DNA of 11,468 nucleotides, taken from positions 1 through 11,468 of the forward strand of contig CDRNVI010000216.1 of assembly GCA_977017575.1 (NCBI GenBank), given 5' to 3'. Of the stretch, positions 1 to 8,750 are shown piece by piece. The translations under genes and the position numbers were made by a program. Source of the DNA: Paramoeba atlantica (Eukaryota > Protista > Discosea). Numbering within the stretch: position 1 is the stretch's first letter; every line of letters begins with the position of its first letter. The notes under the pieces were generated by a model. It searched no databases. It was not told where the DNA came from and saw nothing but the letters and a program-made list of their open reading frames with translations.

Positions 1-54
1 TCTCTTTTCTCTTCCTCCTCTCTTTTTCTCCTTTTCTTTTTCCAACACACACAG

Positions 55-138
55 CCTTGATAGCAATAAAATTGGAGATGAAGGAGCGAGAGAGATTGGT
101 AAGTCCCTCTCAACAAATGCAACACTTCAAACACTTGA
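55..138 (+). CDS. 84-nt exon encoding one RI-type (NLRC3-like) leucine-rich repeat
   Basis: Acceptor ...ccaacacacacAG at 53-54 follows a polypyrimidine tract; donor GT at 139. Phase 2/2. Translation: LDSNKIGDEGAREIGKSLSTNATLQTL, a 28-aa LRR period. Confidence 0.9.
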
Positions 139-393
139 GTTTTGCTTTCATTTTGTTTTCTCTCTTTATTTCTGAATATTGTGTTTTTGTCTCTTTTTTC
201 TTTTTTTCTCTTTTCTCATTCTTTTTTCTCTCTTCTTTTCTTCTCTTCTTCTCTTTTCTCTTTTCTTCTCTTTTCTTCTTCTCTTTCTTCTTCTCTTTCT
301 CTTCTCTCTCTCTCTTCTCTCTTCTTTCTTTCCCTCTCTCCTCTTTTCTCTTCCTCCTCTCTTTTTCTCCTTTTCTTTTTCCAACACACACAG

Positions 394-477
394 CCTTTTT
401 AACAATAAAATTGGAGATGAAGGAGCGAGAGAGATTGGTAAGTCCCTCTCAACAAATGCAACACTTCAAACACTTCA
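394..477 (+). CDS. 84-nt exon encoding one RI-type leucine-rich repeat
   Basis: Acceptor AG at 392-393, donor GT at 478, phase 2/2. Translation: LFNNKIGDEGAREIGKSLSTNATLQTL. Confidence 0.9.
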
Positions 478-708
478 GTTTTGCTTTCATTTTGTTTTCT
501 CTCTTTATTTCTGAATATTGTGGTTTTTGTCTCTTTTTTCTTTTTTTCTCTTTTCTCATTCTTTTTTCTCTCTTCTTTTCTTCTTTCTCTTTTCTTCTTC
601 TTCTCTCTCTTCTTCTCTCTTCTTCTCTCTCTCTCTCTCTTTCTTTTTTCTTTTTTCTTTTTTCTTTCCTTTTTTTTCTTTTCTCTTTATTAATTTCTTT
701 ATTGACAG

Positions 709-781
709 TGTTGATGACAATCCTTTTTGCCGTTCTCACCCACAATTGATGAAGGATATTCAAAGTCTACTCACTCCAGAG
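709..781 (+). CDS. Linker exon capping the LRR array (HVDDNPFCRSHPQLMKDIQSLLTPE)
   Basis: Acceptor attgacAG at 707-708 and donor GT at 782. It starts in phase 2, matching the LRR exons, and ends in phase 0, matching the exon at 949. xDDNP resembles a terminal LRR turn. Confidence 0.7.
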
Positions 782-948
782 GTTTTCAATTTGAAAAATT
801 TTTATCAAAGAAAAACACATCCCATCCAACAACACACAAATTCAAAAACAAAAGACAATGAAAATATAAGAAAACAAAAGAAAACAAAAGAAGAAAATCA
901 AAAAGAAATAATTTTTTTTTTTTTGTTTTCTCAAATATCTTTTTGTAG

Positions 949-1360
949 AGAATATTTCAGAAACAAGTTGAAGCTGCTGAGCAGGGGAATGGAAATGCAC
1001 AGTATAATGTAGGGCGGCGGTATGAGAATGGCGGTAAGGGTGTAGATAAAGATGAGGAGAAGGCATTTGAATGGTATTGTAAGGCTGCTGAGCAGGGGAA
1101 TGGAAATGCACAGTATAATGTAGGGCGGCGGTATGAGAATGGCGGTAAGGGTGTAGCTAAAGATGAGAAGAAGGCTTTTGAATGGTATCGTAAGGCTGCT
1201 GAGCAGGGAAATGCAAGGGCGCAATATGACTTAAGCTTGATGTATCAGAATGGTGGCAAAGGTGCAGCCAAGCAGCAAGATTGGAGTGCTGCACTTAAAT
1301 GGTGTCAGTTGAGTGCAAAAGCAGACTATGGGTTAGCAAAGGGTCAATTACGTCAATGGC
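949..1360 (+). CDS. SEL1-like repeats (3 plus a capping helix), missed by the ORF track
   Basis: The frame is open from the acceptor TAG at 946-948. It reads RIFQKQVE AAEQGNGNAQYNVGRRYENGGKGVDKDEEKAFEWYCK AAEQGNGNAQYNVGRRYENGGKGVAKDEKKAFEWYRK AAEQGNARAQYDLSLMYQNGGKG, matching the SEL1 consensus AAEQG..AQ..LG..Y..G.GV..D..KA..WY.K. Units start at 973, 1084 and 1195 (111-nt period). An alternative acceptor at 960 keeps the same phase. Confidence 0.92.
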
Positions 1361-2212
1361 AAAAACAGATAATCAAATTAGTGAGTGTTTCACCACAAGA
1401 TAGTCCCTGGCAGCAGCAGAGGTTGAAAGCACTTCCTCCTCCTGCTGGATGGGTGAAGAAAAAAGAGAGTATTATTGCTGAGGAGGAAGGGAGATCTGGT
1501 GGTGGTGGGGTTAGTTTTGATGTGTCTGACAGCAGTAGTAGTAGTGGAGGATACTACAGCAGTGGAGGTGATGTTGAAACAGCAGTAATTGAAGCAGAAA
1601 ATTTGGGATTGGGTTCTTCTTCTAATGCATCTGGCCAGTTGCAAGCTTCATTAAGCGCACATCAATTAATCTGTTTATTGGGGTCACAGTATGGTGAACT
1701 TATTGAGTGTGTCAAAGCATTAGGGGGGGTGAGGGGGGGTGAGGGGGGGCAAAGTGTTGATGGTGATGGTGGTGCTGCCAATCTCCCCCCCCCCATTGTT
1801 GCAAGTGGATACTCACAGTGCAGCCTTGGCAGAGCTCTATGGCTTAGTGAAGCAGTCTATCAATTTAGATGTTCATGTTTACAGTGCATTGATAAAGGTC
1901 TTAGAATATTGTGTGCCAGTGTATCAATTGCAGCAGCAGCAGCAGCAGCGAGCAGCAACAACAACAACAACAACAGGGTGTGATGATAAGGTTGAGAATG
2001 AGGCTCTTTTTTTGCCATCATCACGTTTAAAGCATGCAGCCTTGTTAGTGCAACAAGCTATTGATGTAGTAGGACATGCCCATTGGTTGCTGCGTCATCA
2101 AGTGTTGGGGAAGTTGCATATATTGGAAGATGAATATGCCACAGCCATCAGCAGCAGCAGCAGCAGCAGTGATTGTGCCAGTGTTGCTGTGTTGGGTGAA
2201 GGGTATTACAGC

Positions 2213-3620
2213 TTACCAGTTACTGTTGCACGTCAGTTATTGTGTGTGAATGAAACTGGAAAGGAAGTCAAAACGAATCAAGCAGGGTCTCATGCTGTGG
2301 CAGCTTTAAATGGGGTGCATTATAAGCCTAACAGCAAAGCAGAGTCTCCCATTAATCCTGGGAAAGAAGCTGCTGTTAGCAGTTTAATGCAGTTAATTGC
2401 GGGTCAATTCTTAGCAGCAGCTCCCAGTACATTATTGAGTGTGAGTGGAGTGTCTATTCAAAAAAAAGGTGAAGAAGAGGAGAAATGTATTGTGACAACA
2501 ATGGCTGGTAACTTGGTACAAGGTGGGTTAACAATTACTGGGATGTGCTTTAAAGACTTCATTGAGTGCCGTGAAGCGCTTAGGGTGTGGGAATCACGGT
2601 TATCAATGGATGCCATGGTTGCTTTGTTGCAGAATGTTCAAGAAGATTTTGTTCATGCCTTGACGGTGGCAAAACAACAGTACCCAGATGTATTTGATGT
2701 ATTTGATTTAAGTGTTGAGGCAAACCGAACAGCTTTGAGTGAGGGGTTACGCCATGCTTTTGAGCAGGTATGTGCAGGTAAAGCAGTTGAGGTGCAATTG
2801 TGATATTGCCAATTCTTCTGACAGGCCCGAGGCCAATCGCCGCAATGCCTTTCGTGGATTGTTTGAAAGTTTCTTGCGTGATGGCGGTGGCATGGTGGAT
2901 GGTTTATGTGCACTGTTAGGGGTGATCTGTCAATACCCCATATTGATGGCAAGGCAAGAGATTGCTGGGTTGTTACAACAATTCAAACATTCCAAACGAT
3001 TATTTAAGTTGTTCCCTAACACACCATTAGAAACAGCATTAACAATCATGCCACAGTTATTAACAAAGCATTACTTGGACACTGAAGCAATGAGTTTCCT
3101 GTGGTTAGGGTTATTGCTCACTCTACCTTGTGACAGCAAGTTTGATAATTTCATGTTGCAGTTAGACTATGATACAAATAAGCAATTGAAACACTGTCGA
3201 ATTGTGGCGATTGACAATGATTTGAGTTTGAAGATGCTGTTTAGTCTTAATGAGCATGGAAAGTTATCACTTGAGCTAAAAAACTTGCTGCTGGTGTTGC
3301 CTGAGTTGATGGATTTGCCAATATGCCCGATTGTACGGAAGCACTGTTTATCACTGTCATCTGAGGGATGGTATTTGACGTGGCTTAGTTTGCTTGCTAA
3401 GCATGATAGTGATTATCAGCAGTGGTTGCAACAAGGTACAGTTAGTGTAAAAGCACTGCAAGCCATTGATATTCCAGTTCAGTTACCACAACAAGTTTGG
3501 TTATTTATCAAAGCACAGTAGTGTTTGTTACACAATATCTTGCAAACCAATGCTGATATCACCTTAGGGCAGTGTTTTGCACATCTTTATCCATTGGTTG
3601 ACAGTGCTTATCAAGGATTA
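2213..3620 (+). CDS. Atypical protein-kinase-like domain 1 (long insert; broken by a frameshift and a TAG)
   Basis: Motifs: HYK (Lys 2324), NPGKE (Glu 2366), catalytic-loop-like DSKFDN (3132-3149) and IDND (3210-3221). It aligns by eye to domain 2. Confidence 0.75.
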
Positions 3621-3944
3621 AGCCAACTGGATAGCCTGTTGCTGCCTGGTCCATTAGCAACGGAATTTAATCTGTACCAATTCTTTAAAATGGGTGGCAG
3701 TTGCCCAATAGAAAGGTTATTGAAAGAATGGCCAGTTGAATTAGAACAAGGGCAGTGTGCAGATGATACAAGCCCAATGGTCAGTGCCACTTCTCAGGTG
3801 ATGAGCGAGGTGAGGCAATTGAATTGGGCATTGATACCACAACATCAGCAATGGCCAGTGGTTGAAGCATTGTCATTGTTACCAGGGTTAACCGATTGGC
3901 AAGGTGTTACTGAAGAGGATATCAAGCCACATTTTCAAGGGCGG

Positions 3945-5180
3945 TTTCGTGAGGCTGTCACACAGGGTCGTCCCTTTGTGGCACAACGGTTATTGGACTT
4001 AGGTGCACAAGTCAGCCTCCCAGATGAAAGTCAAAACACAGCCTTGCATCAATTGTGTGCAAGTTATTTGAATTGCCCAGAAGACGGCAAGACAGGTCTC
4101 AATATCTCTTTTCTTATTTTTTTTCTTATTAATTTTTTATATTATCTAAATGAGAGTCACAAATCATGGAGAATAATGAATATTTCTGATATTTTGAGGT
4201 TGTTAAAAACTTGAGAGTGGTGTAGTGAGAGTTGTGTGTTTGTGTGAATTCTTTTTTTTTTTCTTTTTTTTTTTTATTTGTTTTATGTTCTTCAAGATTT
4301 TATGGAATGGAGTTTAATATGATGAGGTATTTTGAAGGATGCAATTACTGATTGTTTATTTTTATTTTTTTTTCTTTTTTTTTTTTTTCCTTTTTTTTTT
4401 TTCCTTTTTTTTTTTCTTTTTTATTATTATTTGTTTATGTTCTTCAAGATTTTATGGAATGGAGTTTTATATAATGAGGTATTTTGAAGGGTCTAATTAC
4501 TGAATGTTTATTTTTATTCTTTTTTTTTTTCTTTTCTTTTTTCTTTTTCTTTTTCTTTTTTTTTTTTTTAAAAAATTTGTTGTGTTTCTTCAAAAGATTT
4601 TGAAAGGGGATATGAGATGTTAATAATAATAAAAAAGTATTTGTTCAAAGGTTTTTTTTGATTGATTGGGTTTTTTTTGTTTTGTTTTATTATTATTTAT
4701 TATTATTATTTTCTTTTTCTGTTCTTCTTTCAATATTTTTAAACTATTGATTTTTTCGAAAGTGTGTGTGGTGTTCCACTTTGTGACATTGTTTCTTATG
4801 AATTCTTTTTTAATTTTTCTTTTTTTTTCCCCTCTTATTACTCTTTTTTAATTTTTCTTTTTTCTTTTTCTGATCAGCTATGTTTATGGGTTATGTGTTA
4901 TTGGGTCATCATACATGCCAACCCAACCAATACAATGCATCTGGCTATACACCATTATTGCAGTGGGTGAATGTAACACCGGAGCCAGAACAACTAACAC
5001 CAGCACAATTGGACAGTGCATTGAAATTACTAGAAGCTTTGATAATGTATGGAGCAAACCTTGAAGCCAAAGATGCATTTAAGCATGAGACAGCATTAGA
5101 TAAGACAATGAAACAGGGTCGAGAGAAGTGGCACTGGTTTGGAGTGTTAATCAAGAAAGGGGCTGGGGTGCATGCTAATG
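3945..5180 (+). CDS. Ankyrin repeats, split by intron 4096-4877
   Basis: AVTQGRPFVAQRLLDLGAQVSLPDESQNTALHQLC; NASGYTPLL; LLEALIMYGANLEAKDAFKHETALD; VLIKKGAGVHA. These show the typical TPLH/TALH and LL..GA.v motifs. Confidence 0.8.
4096..4877 (+). other. 782-nt AT-rich GT-AG intron
   Basis: gacaG|GTctc ... polypyrimidine tract tgatcAG|ctatg. The phase-1 join gives DGKT-A-MFMGYV and restores the frame into ORF 4880-5521. Composition changes sharply at both ends. Confidence 0.75.
4275..4517. repeat. Imperfect ~90-nt direct repeat (period ~152 nt) inside the intron
   Basis: ttcaagattttatggaatggagttt...atgaggtattttgaagg...aattactga occurs at ~4275-4365 and ~4429-4517, with a decayed third trace at ~4575-4610. 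Confidence 0.85.
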
Positions 5181-5428
5181 GTGAAATGATTGTTAAGCAT
5201 GCCTACAATGAGTTGAGGAGGAGGAGGGCATTAGCCCAGCAGCAGCAGCAACAGCAGCCAACATTGCAAGTGATATTATCACAGTTAGCTGAGCGTAACT
5301 TGAGTGTGGCCTGGGGATTGAGTCAACAGGTATGGCAGCAGCAGCAGGAAGCCAGCAGTGGCAAGCAGCAGCAGAGCAAAAAATTTACTGTGGTTGTGGT
5401 GCATGGTAGTCACTGTGGCAATGTGGTG

Positions 5429-6423
5429 TTACCAGAAATGATAGCCAAGCAATTGTTAACAGGGAAAAGAGTGTTTATACACAAGGTGAGACCACAGAAG
5501 TATATGGTCAGCGGGTGGTGAAAGCAATTCAACACAATCAAGCCAACTGGCATGTCAAAGAGAACCCAGAGATGCCAGGGGTTGAAATGGCGGTGGGGGC
5601 ATTGAGTAAGTTGTTATTTGGTGAACACACTGCACCCAATGAAGTGTTTTCATTTTTTGATGCCAAAGGTGCTTCCTATCCAGTACTGATTTCACAGACA
5701 GTGGCAGGGGAGAACTTACAAACAGTATTAAATGGTGATAAGAAGAAAAGACAGGTTGGTGCTACCTTACGCCAGTTGCACCCACAATACACTTGTGAGC
5801 AAATCCTGTTAGCAATGTTAGTACACCCAGAAGATGGTAAACCAGATAACTATCAATTATTGCCAGTGACAACCACAAACTGCTCCCCCTGCCCCCCCTC
5901 CAAATTTGGCAAATCATCATCATCAGCAGCAGTCATACAGCAGTATCGGATTGTGGGGGTTGACAATGATCATGCATTTGTGAAACCAGTGATTATGGAA
6001 AAAGGCCATCGCAAATTGCAAGTCAAATGTGTGTTATTTTGTTTGGACAACATGCGGCAGCCAGTCCATCCAGCAGTAAGACAACGCTTGCTTCACCTTG
6101 ATCCAGTTGCATTCTTAGAAAGTTGGTTAGACCAGTTAATAGCCTATCATGAATGCTCAATGAGCTTATTTGATAAGAAAGCACGTCAACAGTTGTTTAA
6201 AGTGAAAGTGGATTTGAAACAGTTAGCCCACAAAGTGGCCCTCCGTGAAGCGCGTGAGCGCTTGCCAGTGGTGGTGACAGTGCCATTTCGTGATGGGGCA
6301 ATAACTGAGCTATGGGATTGGTTGGTGCGGTTGCAACAGGTGCTACGTGATAATCCAATGATAACCCACTTGCAGTTATTAAAAAAAATCACTTCAGCAT
6401 TGGGGATTGTGTATGATGAAGTG
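5429..6423 (+). CDS. Atypical protein-kinase-like domain 2
   Basis: Motifs: HVK (Lys 5557), MPGVE (Glu 5584), LAMLVHPEDGKPDNY (Asp 5833, Asn 5848; compare DLKPEN of Ser/Thr kinases) and IVGVDNDHAF (Asp 5962, the DFG position). Confidence 0.82.
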
Positions 6424-6849
6424 TTTGAGGTGTATGAAGAGCCAGAAGAAGTGGCTGCGCGGTTTCATGAGGTGGCTAACACCCATTACTCCACAGCAAT
6501 AGCTGGGCGTTATGCAACACTCACCACCAGTCGCCAAGCCTTGCAAGCAGCTGGGTTCTCAGACAAAGACCAAAAGGTGTTGTTAGAAGACAGTGATAAG
6601 GGAGCAGCAAGTTTTACTCCACAGTGCGCATTGATGCAATTACGTCAAGGGGTAGAGCAGAAAGCAAACTTGTTAGCATGTGTGGCAGCGTTAGCCGATG
6701 GCAATGGATCAGCATTTCAGAAAATATTATCTGAGCAGGCCAAAGAAGATGTGGTTAATCGTTTGGACTTTGGCAAGATGTTATTAGTGGGCGGCAGCAA
6801 GCAACCAGATGAGGCAAAACAAAAGGCAATATTAAAACTGGTTATCACT

Positions 6850-7400
6850 GAACAAATTGCATTTCACACATTGACAATTCATCATTGTGCAGTATTGACA
6901 GATGAGACTCTCACAGCATTACTGAAAAATGCTCCAGAGCTCAGTCGTTTGACATTGGTAGATTGTCCACAACTCACCAGTAAGTTGAGTGGAGTGCTTG
7001 AAAAGCACACACCATATCTGACAACATTGACACTGCGACAGTTACCCAAGTTAGAAGGATTAGGTAATCAAACCAAAGGAAAAGCAAATCAACCTACTGT
7101 CCATTATAACCCAATTAATCTGTCACACTTACGATGGGTGAATGTCAGTGATAATCTTCAATTAAGTAGCATTACTATTCAATCACAAGTATTGATGTTG
7201 GCAACCTGCAAGCACAACCCAATCCTCACGAAATTGACATTGTTTTGTGAAGAGCTAAAGGCATTAGATGTGAGTGGTTGTTTGCAATTGAGTGATAATG
7301 ACTTACACCAAACATTTGAGTTCTATCAAATGCTGCCAAAACTGAACATAGATAAATGTCAAGCAATTAATGCTGAGTTGTGGCAGTGTATGGGTTATAT
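6850..7400 (+). CDS. Cysteine-containing (AMN1/FBXL-type) leucine-rich repeats
   Basis: LTIHHCAVLTDETL, LSRLTLVDCPQLT, LTTLTLRQLPKL, LKALDVSGCLQLSDNDL, LPKLNIDKCQAIN. Confidence 0.8.
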
Positions 7401-7458
7401 CACTCAACGAACAGGATCACATTTTCCAAATTGGAATCTGAAAATGTGAAAACAATCT

Positions 7459-7800
7459 GTGTTACCATTGTTGCCATATGCATCAGATACATTTGTGCAA
7501 CTGGATATGGAGGCAATTGAATCAAATCAAGTGGGAATAATGATGAAATTGGTAGCATCTAATCCGAATGTACACACCATATTCATGACTTTGTCACCAA
7601 AGAATATTGCTGCTGCACTGACACAACTGCTAATCTTATTGCAAACCAATCACAACATTGCGGCATTGTGTATTACTGGAGTGTTGTTGGACACTGTGAT
7701 GGTTGAACAAGTGATAACAGTCCTTGCACAATGTGAAAACATACACACAGTGGCATTGATAGTTGATAACATCCAATTAGCAATTGAACAGTTTCAACAA
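7459..7800 (+). CDS. Degenerate RI-like LRRs in frame after the TGA at 7447
   Basis: LVASNPNVHTI, LLQTNHNIAALCI and VLAQCENIHTVAL recur at ~28-aa spacing. Confidence 0.45.
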
Positions 7801-8266
7801 GTAACACTCCAAAAACAGCAGCAGTTAACACAACAGGTGATGGTAAATGGGGTAAATATTACACCATTATTATTGCAAGAAAAAGGTCACACTCCAAAAT
7901 TTATATTACCAATCATTCCTGTTGATATCTCCAAGGAGGAACAAGCAATGAAGGTGGATGTGCTTGCTTTAGCCATTATGCAACATGATGATGTGTTATC
8001 CCCTCTACACCAATCAGCAGTGAATATGTTAGAATTATTCAGTGCGAGTGGGGAATTGTCAAAACACAAACAACAAGTTGCTCGTCTATTATCTGGTAAA
8101 AATCCAACCCTGTTAACTGTGCAACAAGCGCAAAGCAGCCTCTGAATTAATAATACCACACACACATCCTCTTCAAACACTATAAAAATCAAAGTTTTCA
8201 TGAGTGGGCAAAGTAATATTCCTTTTGGTTTCTTCTCACTCTCAAAGAGGAGGACATATGTCTGAG

Positions 8267-8395
8267 GTAGTTTCTCTTTCTCTTTTCTCTTTCTTAAAAT
8301 TAATTTTATCTGAAATTGATAAATTCTCTTTCTTTCCTTTCTATTCTTATTTTCTCTTTTCTCTTTTCTCTTTTCTATCTCTTGTCTTCTTTTAG
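8267..8395 (+). other. Candidate GT-AG intron downstream of the apparent stop
   Basis: gag|GTAGTT ... T/C-rich ... cttttAG|atctc. Confidence 0.4.
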
Positions 8396-8750
8396 ATCTC
8401 AAGCCAGAAACAAGAAGCACAGAGAGAGAGAGAGTAAGAGGAAAAAAGGGAGAAAGAGAGAGTGAGGTGAATTTCCAAGTGTCATTCGGAGAATGATGCT
8501 TTCCTCATATCTGATCATATGTTTTCTGGCAAGTGTTTGTATTTTATTTTATTTAATATTAAATAATATAATGAATTTTTTATATTTCTATTCTAATAAA
8601 TTTTAATTTATTCTTTTTTCGATTTGATTCTATTCTTTTTTCATTATAAATAATATGAGAATGAATTTTTTTGTTGAAAGATTATCAGTAGAGTTTGGGT
8701 TGTCTCTCTTTTGAAGCAAAGAAGCTGTTTATGATATTATCTATTTAACG

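Larger units (their letters stand above)
1..600 (+). repeat. Tandem exon+intron duplication, period 339 nt
   Basis: 1-138 matches 340-477. The intron start at 139 (gttttgctttcattttgttttctctctttatttctgaatattg) recurs at 478. Confidence 0.9.
55..8145 (+). pseudogene. Large multi-exon gene, 5'-incomplete: LRR(RI)-SEL1x3-atypical kinase-ankyrin-atypical kinase-LRR, with 3 frameshifts and 2 in-frame stops
   Basis: GT-AG introns 139-393, 478-708, 782-948 and 4096-4877 join the exons in a consistent phase. ORFs 1237-1983, 1739-2803, 2739-3521, 3525-4214, 4880-5521, 5515-7449 and 7459-8145 are collinear on +. They either overlap by a one-base shift or continue in the same frame across a single stop. 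The breaks fall inside recognisable domains. Confidence 0.75.

Noticed and set aside
57-763. F/S/L-rich + strand ORFs and K/R/E-rich - strand ORFs (also at 4666-4970, 8204-8395 and 9282-9747)
   Set aside because: They are translations of T/C-rich introns, which lack stops by composition. The real coding signal is in the short exons.
868-930. A-rich/T-rich inverted repeat (GAAAACAAAA / TTTTGTTTTC) in intron 3
   Set aside because: Low-complexity complementarity of this kind is expected by chance.
842-1224. Minus-strand repetitive ORFs 842-1111 and 931-1224
   Set aside because: They are antisense shadows of the SEL1 repeats.
55-1310. CRISPR-like repeat-spacer array
   Set aside because: The repeats are 84-nt and 111-nt protein-coding units in a eukaryotic spliced gene, with no unique spacers and no cas genes.
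5459-5470. Programmed -1 frameshift at GGGAAAA
   Set aside because: The G-GGA-AAA heptamer is not in the incoming frame, which reads ACA GGG AAA AGA.
2768-5511. Micro-introns that would repair lesions (2768-2786, 19 nt; 3495-3521, 27 nt; 5486-5511, 26 nt)
   Set aside because: They restore the frame arithmetically, but the other predicted introns are at least 67 nt and T-rich. The latter two would delete residues that align between the kinases (for example the G of YGQRVV). Chance GT-AG pairs are common. RNA-seq would settle this.
3519-7449. Reassigned genetic code (TAG=Gln, TGA=Trp)
   Set aside because: There is only one TAG and one internal TGA in more than 2000 codons that are rich in CAA/CAG and TGG. 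Reassignment would give many more and would not explain the frameshifts.
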